A DNA stretch of 61,351 nucleotides from sequence record SRR2962707_4944; one strand, written 5' to 3'. This document shows, in pieces, positions 20,676 through 30,805 of this stretch. The position numbers were made by a program, and so were the translations under genes. The notes beneath the pieces were generated by a model. That model saw only the letters and a program-made list of their open reading frames with translations, was not told the DNA's origin and did not search any database. Position 1 is the stretch's first letter. Each line of letters starts with the position of its first letter.

Positions 20676-20703
20676 GACCGGGGCGGGTACGCCTGCCCCG
20701 GTC
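20676..20703. other. GC-rich intergenic hairpin
   Basis: GACCGGGGCGGG-tacg-CCTGCCCCGGTC; no U-tract. Confidence 0.5.
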
Positions 20704-20733
20704 CTCTTCAACACCGAATTCACAGGTGCCCTC

Positions 20734-21831
20734 ATGAATAATGTGTCAAAGATCGAGCGCGTTCAGACGGACCACTACCTTGTCCCCCTGCCCCGTGTTC
20801 TCGTTGATTCAATGCACGGCCAAATGGCCGGGTTCGAGGTTGTCACCACCCGCATCACAGACAGCGATGGCGCCGAAGGCGTCGGATACACCTTTACCTG
20901 CGGCGTCAATGGCGGGGCCATTGCAGATATTCTAAGCCGTGAAATGACACCCATTGTCTTAGGGCGCGATGCCAGCCTGATCGAAGCCATCTGGAAAGAC
21001 ATCTGGTGGACCTTCCACTATGGCGGCCGTGGTGGACCTACCGTTCTGGCCCTATCCGCCTTGGACATGGCGCTTTGGGATCTAAAAGCAAAACGCGCAC
21101 ACCAGCCGCTTTGGCGTCTCTTAGGCGGGTTTGATCCAAATGTGCCTTGCTATGCGGGTGGGATCGATATCGACCTTACAGCCGAGGAACTGGTCGACCA
21201 GACCCATGACAATATTGCCAAAGGGCATCGCGCTATAAAAATGAAAGTTGGACGCAACCGGTTAAGCGAGGACGTCGCAAAGATGGCCGCCATGCGCGAT
21301 ACCTTTGGTCCGGATATGGTGCTGATGGCCGATGCCAATATGAAATACTCAGTCGCAGAGGCCATTCGGGCCGCACGCGCCTTTCGGGAATATGATTTGA
21401 CATGGTTCGAGGAACCGATCCCCCCGGATGACCCGGCCGGCCATGCGCGCGTGCAAACAGAAGGCGGTATCCCAATCGCCACCGGAGAGAACCTTCGGTC
21501 TCTTTGGGATTTTAAGACTGTGATTGAAACCGGGGGCGTTAGTTATCCAGAGCCGGATGTCACCAATTGCGGCGGTATTACACCGTTTATGAAAATTGCC
21601 CGGCTCGCCGAAGCCCATCATTTGCCCGTCACCAGCCACGGCGCCCATGACATAACGGTACAGCTTTTGGCGGCTTGCCCAAACAGAAGCTATCTTGAAG
21701 CCCACGGGTTTGGGTTGGACGCCTATGTCAAAGACCCACTGAAGATCAAGGACGGCCATGCTATCGCACCAGAAAGCCCAGGACATGGGGTCGATTTTGA
21801 TTGGGATCGGTTAGAGCGCCTGCGCGCCTAA
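20734..21831 (+). CDS. mandelate racemase/enolase-superfamily acid-sugar dehydratase or cycloisomerase
   Basis: SALDMALWDL, KMKVG (KxK), DAN, WFEEP, GEN, EPD, SHG. Confidence 0.85.
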   Translation: MNNVSKIERVQTDHYLVPLPRVLVDSMHGQMAGFEVVTTRITDSDGAEGVGYTFTCGVNGGAIADILSREMTPIVLGRDASLIEAIWKDIWWTFHYGGRGGPTVLALSALDMALWDLKAKRAHQPLWRLLGGFDPNVPCYAGGIDIDLTAEELVDQTHDNIAKGHRAIKMKVGRNRLSEDVAKMAAMRDTFGPDMVLMADANMKYSVAEAIRAARAFREYDLTWFEEPIPPDDPAGHARVQTEGGIPIATGENLRSLWDFKTVIETGGVSYPEPDVTNCGGITPFMKIARLAEAHHLPVTSHGAHDITVQLLAACPNRSYLEAHGFGLDAYVKDPLKIKDGHAIAPESPGHGVDFDWDRLERLRA

Positions 21832-21846
21832 GATTGGAAAACAAGG

Positions 21847-22788
21847 ATGCTGACGCAAACCCAGATCGACCAGTTCAATACACAAGGGTATCTTGTTGTT
21901 GACAATGTCCTACCGCGCGACGTGCTGGACAATGTCCGCGCTGAGTATTCGGGTTTGATGGATCGCCTTTATACCGACTGGCAGGCTCAGGGTATTGTCC
22001 CCAAAGGCTCAGACCTGGATTTCTACGAAAAACTATTGGTCAGCTACAAGGCCGGTTGCGATTGGTTTCAACCCATGGACATTTCATTGCCCGGTGGTGA
22101 GATCGACGCAGATACGCCATTCCATTTCGGCCCAGCCGTCTTCGATATGCTGAAATGTCCACGGTTGCTTGATATGGTCGAATGTCTGATCGGACCGGAA
22201 CTGACGTCGAACCCCATTCAGCATGTGCGTCTTAAACCGCCCGCGGTAACTCTGGACGGCGATGAAACGCGCGCCCATATTATGGCGACAGATTGGCACC
22301 AGGACCGCGCAGTTGCGCATGAGGTCGGCGATCAAACGCAAATGGTCACCGTCTGGTTGGCCGTAGAAGACGCCACAGTGCAAAACGGTTGTTTGCAGGT
22401 CGTCCCCGGAAAACCAAAGATGTATCCGCATTGCCCTAAAAAGCAGACGGCTATCGCAGACGGGTTCCTTGATATTTCCAAGGCAAAACCTTTGCCGGTC
22501 AAAGCTGGCGGTGCCGTGTTGTTTCATCCGCTGACGCCTCATGCCTCGCTGAACAACACCTCTGAACGGTTTCGCTGGTCCTTTGATGTCCGCTACAACG
22601 TCACTGGCCAACCTACCGGGCGCAGCCATTTCCCGGAATTCGTCGCCCGCTCTGTAAGCCAACCAGACAGCGTGCTAAACGATTGGCAGATCTGGCGCGA
22701 CAGTTGGCTTGCAGCCCGCGCTCGTCTGTCTAAACAAGAACATATACCTATCCACCGCTGGGAGTCAGACGCCCCAGTCTGTGCCTAA
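21847..22788 (+). CDS. PhyH-family Fe(II)/2-oxoglutarate dioxygenase
   Basis: QFNTQGYLVV, WHQD (HxD), NGCLQVVPG, TPHAS, RWSFDVRY. Confidence 0.85.
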   Translation: MLTQTQIDQFNTQGYLVVDNVLPRDVLDNVRAEYSGLMDRLYTDWQAQGIVPKGSDLDFYEKLLVSYKAGCDWFQPMDISLPGGEIDADTPFHFGPAVFDMLKCPRLLDMVECLIGPELTSNPIQHVRLKPPAVTLDGDETRAHIMATDWHQDRAVAHEVGDQTQMVTVWLAVEDATVQNGCLQVVPGKPKMYPHCPKKQTAIADGFLDISKAKPLPVKAGGAVLFHPLTPHASLNNTSERFRWSFDVRYNVTGQPTGRSHFPEFVARSVSQPDSVLNDWQIWRDSWLAARARLSKQEHIPIHRWESDAPVCA

Positions 22789-22822
22789 TTCCTAAACTCA
22801 GCGATCTAAGGACCTATACTCT

Positions 22823-24313
22823 ATGAATACTGTCAGGCTGTCCGAAGCAGACAATGTCGTGACTGCATCCGCCCCACTCCAAATCGGAGATGCCGGTGCA
22901 ATTCAGTTGATCCCTCGCGGACATAAGATTGCGACCCAGGATATTCCCAAAGGGGCACCCGTGCTGAAATACGCGCAGGTCATTGGCTATGCCTCTGAAG
23001 ACATCGCAAAGGGGGCTCACGTCCACACCCATAATCTTGAGTTCCGCAATGTGGACATGGAATATGAGTTTTCGACCAACTTGCGCCCTGTCGCTCCCGC
23101 AACCCAACAAGACAGTTTCATGGGATATCGGCGCTCCACTGGCCGGGTGGGCACACGCAACTACATCGCTATTTTGACGTCGGTTAACTGCTCTGCCACA
23201 GCCGCTCGGAAAATTGCTGAGTATTTCACCGAGGAACGGTTGGCTGCTTATCCGAATGTTGATGGGGTGACCGCCTTTGTTCATGGGACAGGCTGCGCCA
23301 TGGGTGGGGATGGGACCGGTTTCGAACTGCTGCAACGCACCCTTTGGGGCTATGCCAAGAACCCGAATGTCGGCGGCGTCCTGATGGCAGGTTTGGGCTG
23401 TGAAACGATGCAGATCGACTGGCTCATCGAAGCCTACGGTCTGACCCCCGGCCCCCTGTTTCAAACGATGAATATTCAGGATGTCGGTGGGCTGCGCAGA
23501 ACTGTTGAGCTCGGCATCGAACAAATCAACGCCATGCTTCCCCTCGTCAACGAGGCGAAGCGCGAACCCTGCCCGGCCTCAGAGTTGATGGTCGCGCTGC
23601 AATGTGGCGGGTCGGACGCTTGGTCTGGCATCACGGCCAATCCCGCTTTGGGCTATGCGTGTGATTTGCTCGTCGCTCAGGGCGCCACCGGAGTTCTGGC
23701 GGAAACCCCTGAGATATACGGCGCAGAACATCTTTTGACAGCTCGCGCAGAAACGCCTGAGATTGGCGCAAAGCTGATCGAACTTATTAAGTGGTGGGAA
23801 ATCTATACAGAGCGCAACGGCGGCTCGCTGGATAACAACCCCTCTCCTGGCAATAAAAAGGGTGGATTGACGACAATCCTTGAAAAGTCATTGGGTGCCG
23901 CCGCAAAAGGCGGAACAAGCCCATTGACCGGTGTCTACAAATACGCCGAAGCCGTCACCAAGCCCGGTTTCGCCTTTATGGACAGCCCCGGATATGACCC
24001 TGCTTCCGTGACAGGGCAGATTGCCAGCGGGTGCAATTTGGTCTGCTTCACCACAGGGCGCGGCTCTGCCTTTGGGGCAAAACCGTCTCCTTCGATCAAA
24101 TTGGCGACCAATACAGAGATGTACAACCGTCTTCACGAGGACATGGATATCAACACAGGTACCATCCTGTCGGAAAGTCGGACTGTCGAAGAAGTCGGTC
24201 GGGAAATTTACGAAATGTTCCTGCGTGTCGCCAGCGGTGAAAAGACAAAGTCCGAGGCGCTGGGTCTTGGAGATTATGAATTTGTGCCCTGGCAGGTTGG
24301 CGCAGTGATGTGA
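22823..24313 (+). CDS. uxaA: UxaA/GarD-family aldonate dehydratase (altronate dehydratase-like)
   Basis: SAF domain IPRGHKIA..HVHTHN; GTRNYI, SVNCS, LQCGGSD, NPSPGNKKGGLTTILEKSLG, FTTGRG. Confidence 0.85.
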   Translation: MNTVRLSEADNVVTASAPLQIGDAGAIQLIPRGHKIATQDIPKGAPVLKYAQVIGYASEDIAKGAHVHTHNLEFRNVDMEYEFSTNLRPVAPATQQDSFMGYRRSTGRVGTRNYIAILTSVNCSATAARKIAEYFTEERLAAYPNVDGVTAFVHGTGCAMGGDGTGFELLQRTLWGYAKNPNVGGVLMAGLGCETMQIDWLIEAYGLTPGPLFQTMNIQDVGGLRRTVELGIEQINAMLPLVNEAKREPCPASELMVALQCGGSDAWSGITANPALGYACDLLVAQGATGVLAETPEIYGAEHLLTARAETPEIGAKLIELIKWWEIYTERNGGSLDNNPSPGNKKGGLTTILEKSLGAAAKGGTSPLTGVYKYAEAVTKPGFAFMDSPGYDPASVTGQIASGCNLVCFTTGRGSAFGAKPSPSIKLATNTEMYNRLHEDMDINTGTILSESRTVEEVGREIYEMFLRVASGEKTKSEALGLGDYEFVPWQVGAVM

Positions 24314-24344
24314 GCCCGCAGGGTTACAAGAGGGAGGATTTGAT

Positions 24345-25229
24345 ATGACAAAACCAACAATCGGTTTCATAGGGTTGGGCCTGATGGGCAGTGCCATGGT
24401 CGGACGCTTGCAGGACAAAGGTTACGACCTTGTTGTGCTTGGCAATCGTGATCGTACAGGTGTCGAGGCCGCTATCGCGCGCGGTGCGCGTGAAGCAGCC
24501 AACGCCAAAGACGCTGCCGAAAGCAGCGACATCGTTATGCTATGTGTCGGCACCTCGGATCAGGTTGAAAGCCGGATTTACGGGGGCGACGGTGTATTGG
24601 CAGGCGCAAAGTCCGGGCAAATTGTCATCGACTTTGGCACGTCGCTGCCCGCTTCAACAAAAAAGATCGGCGCAGATTTGGCGGAAAAGGGCGCGACCTA
24701 TCTGGACGCTCCATTGGGCCGCACCCCAGCACATGCAAAAGATGGTCTGCTGAACATCATGTGTTCCGGAGATGCTGCGACCTATGAAAAGGCTTCGCCG
24801 GTCCTCGCGGATCTGGGCGAAAACGTTTTTCATCTCGGCGCCTTAGGCTCCGGCCATACGATCAAACTGATCAACAACTTCTTTGCGATGACCACCGCCT
24901 GCGCGATGTCCGAAGCCTTTGCAATGGCAGACGCGGCAGGAATTGAACGTCAGGCTTTGTACGATGTCATTGCCGCGGGCCCCAATCGGTCTGGCATGAT
25001 GGATTTCATCAAGTCTTATGCCACAGATGGTAAGATCGACCTCGCCTTCTCTGTTGCCAATGGCCGCAAAGACGTTGGCTATTATCGCCAAATGGTCAGC
25101 GACGTCGGAGGCACATCGCGCATGTCGGGCGCGGCTTTCGACACTTTGTCAGAAGCCAATGACAAGGGTTTCGGGGACATCATGGTGCCGGAAATGGTCG
25201 ATTTTATTTCCAAGAATCTGAAGGATTAA
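24345..25229 (+). CDS. NAD(P)-dependent beta-hydroxyacid dehydrogenase (tartronate-semialdehyde reductase-like)
   Basis: GFIGLGLMG, LDAPLGR, KLINN. Confidence 0.85.
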   Translation: MTKPTIGFIGLGLMGSAMVGRLQDKGYDLVVLGNRDRTGVEAAIARGAREAANAKDAAESSDIVMLCVGTSDQVESRIYGGDGVLAGAKSGQIVIDFGTSLPASTKKIGADLAEKGATYLDAPLGRTPAHAKDGLLNIMCSGDAATYEKASPVLADLGENVFHLGALGSGHTIKLINNFFAMTTACAMSEAFAMADAAGIERQALYDVIAAGPNRSGMMDFIKSYATDGKIDLAFSVANGRKDVGYYRQMVSDVGGTSRMSGAAFDTLSEANDKGFGDIMVPEMVDFISKNLKD

Positions 25230-25232
25230 CCA

Positions 25233-25958
25233 ATGAGACTTCAAGGCAAACGCGCCTTTATCACAGCTGCGGGCCAGGGGATTGGCCGGGCCATCGCCGA
25301 AGCATATTTGCGCGAAGGCGCTGAAGTCACCGCAACCGATTTGAACGGAGACCTTTTGGGTGGCTTGGACGGCGCAACGACATTTGCACTGGATGCCACA
25401 GACAAAGAAGCGCTGCAGAAGGCCGTCAGCGATGCCTCCCCTGACATCCTGAACAATTGTGCGGGGTTTGTGCATGCAGGCGCAATCCTCGATGCGTCAG
25501 ATGCAGATTTTGATTTTGCTTTCCGACTGAACGTGCAGGCGCAATTCCATTCAATGCAGGCCGCCCTACCAGGTATGGTTGAACGCGGTGGCGGTTCCAT
25601 TGTGAACATCGCCTCTGTGGCGGGATCCATCATCGCGGCGCCCGGTCGCTTTATCTATGGGGCCTCAAAGGCAGCCGTGATTGGCATGACCAAATCCGTG
25701 GCACTGGACTACGTCACGCAGGGTGTCCGCTGTAACTGCATCTGCCCCGGCACCGTCGACAGCCCATCCCTGCATGACCGCCTGCGCGCAACCGGTGACT
25801 ACGGCGCCGCCCACGCCGCCTTTATCGCCCGCCAACCCATGGGACGTATTGGTACGGCTGAGGAAATCGCTCATTTGGCGGTGTATCTCGGCTCGGATGA
25901 AAGCGGCTTCACCACGGGGCAGGCCCATGTCATCGACGGTGGTTGGGCCACAGGTTAA
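25233..25958 (+). CDS. SDR oxidoreductase (BDH2 / 2-keto-3-deoxy-L-fuconate dehydrogenase-like)
   Basis: TAAGQGIG, YGASKAAVIG, CICPGTVDSPSL, ARQPMGR. Confidence 0.8.
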   Translation: MRLQGKRAFITAAGQGIGRAIAEAYLREGAEVTATDLNGDLLGGLDGATTFALDATDKEALQKAVSDASPDILNNCAGFVHAGAILDASDADFDFAFRLNVQAQFHSMQAALPGMVERGGGSIVNIASVAGSIIAAPGRFIYGASKAAVIGMTKSVALDYVTQGVRCNCICPGTVDSPSLHDRLRATGDYGAAHAAFIARQPMGRIGTAEEIAHLAVYLGSDESGFTTGQAHVIDGGWATG

Positions 25959-25964
25959 TCCAAA

Positions 25965-26882
25965 ATGGTTGTCGCGCCACGGGAGGACAAAACGACCTTG
26001 GGGATCGTTGCCATGGCGTTGGCCGTGGGCTTTTTCACGCTGATTGATACCTCAGGTAAGTGGCTTATGCTTGCAGGGTTGCCTGCCCTGCAAGTCGTGT
26101 TCTGCCGGTATGCAGGACATTTCCTTGTCGCCCTGCTGGCCTATGTACCCAAAGAAGGTATGGGAGTGATGCGCTCCAACAGCCCAGGTAAGCAGTTCTT
26201 GCGGTCTGGGTTTCTTTTGGGCAGCACGATTTTCAACTTTTCGGCCCTTCAGTATTTGCCGATCACCGTGACAACGACGATCATGTTTGCAGGGCCGGTC
26301 TTTGTGACCTTGCTGTCGATCCCGTTGTTGGGGGAAAAAGTTGGAATATACCGTCTTTTGGCGGTCTTTGTGGGCTTTCTTGGCGTGATTGTCGTGATGC
26401 AGCCTTGGGGGACGTCCTTTCATCCGGCAATGTTCCTGTCGATTGGCGCCTTGTGCTCTGCCTCGCTGTATTTTGTCATGACACGCATGTTGGCAGGTGT
26501 GGAAAGCAATGCGACGTCTCAGCTTTGGTCTTCTGGCTTGGCTTCAGTGGTCCTCGTGCCCTTTGCCTTCACGACATGGCAATGGCCCGAGACCCTGACC
26601 GGATATGTCGTGTTGGTTCTGATTGGCATATTTGGCGCGGCGGGTCATATTCTTGCGACCTCTGCACACCGGCTTGCCGAAGCCTCAATCTTGGCCCCTG
26701 TGATCTATATCCAACTCGGATTAGCCGCTATGGCCGGGGTCTTGGTGTTTCACACATGGCCAACACCATGGACCTTTGTCGGCGGTCTGATCATTATCGC
26801 CTCTGGTTTGTTTATCTGGCAACGTGAGCGCACCAAAGGGCGGGAACTGACCTCCCCTGATCCGCGACGAGCGCCTCGCTGA
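25965..26882 (+). CDS. DMT/EamA family transporter
   Basis: About 10 TM segments, PLLGEKV, EASILAP. Confidence 0.85.
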   Translation: MVVAPREDKTTLGIVAMALAVGFFTLIDTSGKWLMLAGLPALQVVFCRYAGHFLVALLAYVPKEGMGVMRSNSPGKQFLRSGFLLGSTIFNFSALQYLPITVTTTIMFAGPVFVTLLSIPLLGEKVGIYRLLAVFVGFLGVIVVMQPWGTSFHPAMFLSIGALCSASLYFVMTRMLAGVESNATSQLWSSGLASVVLVPFAFTTWQWPETLTGYVVLVLIGIFGAAGHILATSAHRLAEASILAPVIYIQLGLAAMAGVLVFHTWPTPWTFVGGLIIIASGLFIWQRERTKGRELTSPDPRRAPR

Positions 26883-26888
26883 ACAATG

Positions 26889-26917
26889 AAAAAGGCCGCC
26901 CAGATAGGCGGCCTTTT
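26889..26917. terminator. bidirectional terminator between convergent operons
   Basis: AAAAAGGCCGCC-cagata-GGCGGCCTTTT. Confidence 0.75.
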
Positions 26918-26955
26918 CTGTGTCCAAGACGCAAAGACAAGCTTTGCGACCTCGG

Positions 26956-27699
26956 TTATCCCCGTCCGATAAACGGCATTGCAGGCGCCATGACCGTCAT
27001 GAACTGAACATTGGCGTCTAGCGGCAAAGAGGCCATATGCAGAACCGAGCTTGCGACATGGGCCACGTCCATAACCGGTTCGATCGAAATCTCGCCAGTC
27101 GCCTGAGGCACGCCCTTTGTCATCTTCGCGGCCATTTCGGTCAGCGCATTGCCAATGTCGATCTGACCACAGGCAATGTTGAAAGCACGCCCATCCAGCG
27201 AGATCGTCCGCGTTAACCCGGTGATCGCATGTTTGGACGCTGTATAGGGCGCAGAGCCCCAGCGCGGCACATAGGCCGACACTGATCCGTTATTGATGAT
27301 GCGGCCACCCTGTGGGTCCTGTTTGCGCATCTGGCCAAATGCCGCGCGGGCACAAATAAAGGATCCGGTCACATTGATGTCCATCAGGTTGCGCCACGCG
27401 TCCACAGACAGTTCATCAATAGGCGCGCCAGCCATGGACACACCCGCGTTGTTAAACAACGTATCGATGCGCCCCCAGGTATCAGCGGCTTTTGAAAAGG
27501 CCGCGTCGACCTCGTCTTCCTTTGTGACGTCACACGCCAGAACCAAGGCATTTGGATTGTCCCCGGCGGTTTCTTCCAATGCTGAGGCACGACGCCCTAC
27601 AAGACCAACTTTCCAACCAGCCTCAAGGAAATGAAGCGCACAAGAGCGACCTACGCCGCTGCCCGCACCGGTGATGATGATGTTCTTTTGTTCTGTCAT
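26956..27699 (-). CDS. SDR oxidoreductase
   Basis: TGAGSGVG, FNNAG, YTASKH, CGQIDIGNA. Confidence 0.85.
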   Translation of the reverse strand: MTEQKNIIITGAGSGVGRSCALHFLEAGWKVGLVGRRASALEETAGDNPNALVLACDVTKEDEVDAAFSKAADTWGRIDTLFNNAGVSMAGAPIDELSVDAWRNLMDINVTGSFICARAAFGQMRKQDPQGGRIINNGSVSAYVPRWGSAPYTASKHAITGLTRTISLDGRAFNIACGQIDIGNALTEMAAKMTKGVPQATGEISIEPVMDVAHVASSVLHMASLPLDANVQFMTVMAPAMPFIGRG

Positions 27700-27711
27700 A
27701 GCAGTTTCCCG

Positions 27712-29493
27712 TCAATGATTGTCGCGTGGCAGATCTTTTGCAACACGCTGGTAAGCCGTCGCCAATTCCAGGCACCCGCCATCCGACAATTGTCCGACAT
27801 GCTTGCGATAGATTTCCTGCCAAGGCGTTTGGCTGATGATTTCAGGAGCGTCCCAAGCGGCGATCCGAGCCTGCCACTCATCGGGCTCAACCACGGCGTT
27901 CATGGAGCTTGTGTTAAGGTCAAGGCGCACCATATCACCGGTCTTCAAGTAGGCGAGGCCGCCGCCGATAATCGCTTCGGGCGAGGCATTCAGGATGGAT
28001 GGACTTTCTGATGTGCCGGACTGCCGACCATCTCCGACGGTAGGCAAGTGATTGATACCCTGACGGATCAACGCATCCGGTGGCTGCATATTCACAACCT
28101 CGGCAGACCCGGGATATCCGACACATCCAACATTGCGGATGAACAGAATGCAGGTCTCGTCAATCTCTAGGGCTGGGTCATTGATGCGGTCGTGGTAATC
28201 TTCTGGCCCTTCAAAGACGATGGCCCGCGCTTCGTAGATGCCTTCTTTTCCGGGTTGCGACAGAAAACGCTCTTGGAAGTCTGGTGAAATCACCGAGGTT
28301 TTCATCAATGCGCTGTCAAACAAGTTGCCAGACAAGACCTTAAAGCCGGCGTTTTCCCGCATTGGGTTGGCATAAGTCTTGATCACATCAAGATCCTGGC
28401 TTTCCCAGGTTTTGAGGTTATCCCCCATCGTCTTACCCGTGGCAGTCATGGCGTCGTTGTGTATCCGATCGGCCTTGCGCAGCTCACCCATGACCGCAGG
28501 CACGCCACCTGCGCGGAAAAAGCTTTCACCAAGATATTCACCCGCCGGCTGCATGTTCACTAAAAGTGGCACGTCAAAACCGATGGTTTCCCAATCCTTT
28601 ACGTTTAGGTCGACCCCCGCATGGCGGGCAATCGCCTGCAAGTGAGGAGGCGCATTTGTCGAACCGCCAATCGCTCCGTTGACGACAATCGCATTTTCAA
28701 ACGCTTCCCGTGTGAGGATGTCAGAAGGCTTGAGGTCTTCATACGCCATTTCGACGATCCGCTTGCCGGTTTGGAACGCCATTTCCATACGCTCCCGGAA
28801 CGGGGCTGGAATGGCCGAGTTCCCTGTCAGCGACATGCCCAGCGCTTCGGCCATGGCATTCATCGTCGAGGCGGTGCCCATCGAATTACAATGCCCAAGA
28901 GATGGTGCAGATGAACACACGCGGCTCATGAATTCTTCGTAGTCGATTTTGCCTTCGGCCAGCAGACGGCGGCTTTCCCAGACAATCGTCCCAGAGCCGG
29001 CCCGCTTACCCTTCCACCAGCCGTCCAGCATTGGACCGCCATTCAAAGCAATCGCCGGGATATCGACCGTCGCCGCCCCCATCAACATGGCAGGCGTGGT
29101 TTTGTCACAACCGGTGGTCAACACGACAGCGTCCAAAGGGTATCCGTGCAGGACTTCAACAAGGCTGAGATAGGCCAGGTTGCGATCCAACGCAGCGGTC
29201 GGGCGCTTACCGGTTTCCTGAATCGGGTGAACCGGAAATTCCATCGGCACACCACCAGCCGTGCGAATGCCCGCTTTGATCCGGTCCATAAGAAACACGT
29301 GAATCTTGTTGCAAGGCGCTAAATCGCTACCTGTGTTGGCGATGCCAATAATTGGCTTTCCGCCCTGCAATTCTTCACGTGTGTATTCCTGGTTTTGGTA
29401 GCGTTCCACATACAAGGCGGTCATGCCCGGGTTGTTCGGATTGTCGAACCACTCTTGCGATCGGAACTGTTTGTTGGCGCGGGTATTGCTCAT
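27712..29493 (-). CDS. IlvD/Edd-family sugar-acid dehydratase (pentonate/galactonate dehydratase-like)
   Basis: SDLAPCN, GCDKTTPA, GHCNSMGTAS, GGSTNA, DGRQSGT; GGAGGAG RBS before ATG 29493. Confidence 0.88.
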   Translation of the reverse strand: MSNTRANKQFRSQEWFDNPNNPGMTALYVERYQNQEYTREELQGGKPIIGIANTGSDLAPCNKIHVFLMDRIKAGIRTAGGVPMEFPVHPIQETGKRPTAALDRNLAYLSLVEVLHGYPLDAVVLTTGCDKTTPAMLMGAATVDIPAIALNGGPMLDGWWKGKRAGSGTIVWESRRLLAEGKIDYEEFMSRVCSSAPSLGHCNSMGTASTMNAMAEALGMSLTGNSAIPAPFRERMEMAFQTGKRIVEMAYEDLKPSDILTREAFENAIVVNGAIGGSTNAPPHLQAIARHAGVDLNVKDWETIGFDVPLLVNMQPAGEYLGESFFRAGGVPAVMGELRKADRIHNDAMTATGKTMGDNLKTWESQDLDVIKTYANPMRENAGFKVLSGNLFDSALMKTSVISPDFQERFLSQPGKEGIYEARAIVFEGPEDYHDRINDPALEIDETCILFIRNVGCVGYPGSAEVVNMQPPDALIRQGINHLPTVGDGRQSGTSESPSILNASPEAIIGGGLAYLKTGDMVRLDLNTSSMNAVVEPDEWQARIAAWDAPEIISQTPWQEIYRKHVGQLSDGGCLELATAYQRVAKDLPRDNH

Positions 29494-29567
29494 GACACTC
29501 CTCCGTCCGAGCACGGACATTCAATTGCTTTTGGCTCGGAATCTGAAAACTTTTGACAAAGTCCTAT

Positions 29568-29581
29568 TTTGGTATACCAAA
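29568..29581. promoter_or_regulatory. GntR/FadR-type operator, site 3
   Basis: TTTGGTATACCAAA in the divergent promoter between the IlvD/Edd gene and the hypothetical-azlCD operon. Confidence 0.75.
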
Positions 29582-29630
29582 TGCAAGACCCAATTTTTAG
29601 CGCTATCGCGCCAGCACCATGAGGCCCTCT

Positions 29631-30101
29631 ATGAAACCAGTTCTAGGTCTTGCTCTTGTCGTTGGTCTCGCAAACCCGGTTTGGGCCGAAACGACGGTGG
29701 ATATTGATGCAACAAAGGCTTGTATTCAAAAACAAATAGACACGAATGCACCCGTCGCTGCCTGTGTTAACCAAGCCCATGAACCGTGCCTTACATTCGG
29801 GATGGAGGTGCCTGCCGCCACTGTCCTGTGTTTTTCAGACGCACAGTCAACTTGGATCAAGGCGATGCAGGCCATCATGGATGACATCAAAACAAAAACA
29901 CCTGAACGATCCTACCAGTTTACAGAGATTAATACGCGGTTCGACGTTATGCAGAATTTATTGCAATGCGACCGTATGAATGAACTCTCGCTTTTGTCAG
30001 AGAGCAATGCCGACTCGATCAACATTCAAAATGCGAGATGCCGGGCAACAGCAACAGGGTTAGCCTTCGTCAAGCTGACACTTCAAACGCGCGGGCAATA
30101 A
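29631..30101 (+). CDS. secreted six-cysteine hypothetical protein (possibly LprI/DUF1311-like)
   Basis: Signal peptide MKPVLGLALVVGLANPVWA; six Cys; stop overlaps the azlC start. Confidence 0.6.
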   Translation: MKPVLGLALVVGLANPVWAETTVDIDATKACIQKQIDTNAPVAACVNQAHEPCLTFGMEVPAATVLCFSDAQSTWIKAMQAIMDDIKTKTPERSYQFTEINTRFDVMQNLLQCDRMNELSLLSESNADSINIQNARCRATATGLAFVKLTLQTRGQ

Positions 30102-30805
30102 TGACACGCCATGCCGCGTTCTGGGCGGGCTTTTGGGCCAGCGCGCCGTTTGTTATCATCGTCATCCCTTTCTCGACCCTTTTCGGCGTGGTGGCGCGGG
30201 ATGCGGGCTTGGACGTGTTGCAAACCATGAGTATGTCGGTGGTGGTCGTAGCCGGTGCCTCGCAATTCACCGCCTTGGCCCTGTTGCAAGACCAAGCACC
30301 GGTGTTCATCGCTCTGTTCGCGGCTCTGGCCGTAAACCTACGGATGGCAATGTATTCTGCCGCCCTTGTGCCCCATGTGGGCCATGCGCCTTTGGGCGTT
30401 CGCGCGCTGATGGCCTATCTGATGGTGGACCAGGCCTTTGCCGTCGCGGTGCGCCAATATGAAGACAATCCAGAAATGACCGGCCCCGCCAAAGTGGCGT
30501 TCTATTTCGGGTGCATGGTGATGATCTGCCCATGGTGGTACGGATGCACCCTGTTGGGCGCCTTGGTCGGACAGGCCCTTCCGCCCATCCTGTCGCTCGA
30601 TTTCGCCGTTCCTGTGTGTTTCATCGCGCTGACAGCCCCGCTGCTGCGGTCAATGCCGCATCTTGTGGCGGCGCTTGCCTCGGTTATCGGAGCCGTCGTT
30701 TTCGCGTGGCTCCCGTGGAGCCTTGGGATCATCGTCGCCGCCTTGTTTGCCATGGTGGCAGGTGCTCAAGCCGAGCTGTTCCAAAGACGGCGAGCAAAGG
30801 CATGA
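30101..30805 (+). CDS. azlC: AzlC-family amino acid exporter permease
   Basis: FGVVARDAGL, AGASQF, VNLRMAMYSA, DFAVPVCFIAL. Confidence 0.85.
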   Translation: MTRHAAFWAGFWASAPFVIIVIPFSTLFGVVARDAGLDVLQTMSMSVVVVAGASQFTALALLQDQAPVFIALFAALAVNLRMAMYSAALVPHVGHAPLGVRALMAYLMVDQAFAVAVRQYEDNPEMTGPAKVAFYFGCMVMICPWWYGCTLLGALVGQALPPILSLDFAVPVCFIALTAPLLRSMPHLVAALASVIGAVVFAWLPWSLGIIVAALFAMVAGAQAELFQRRRAKA

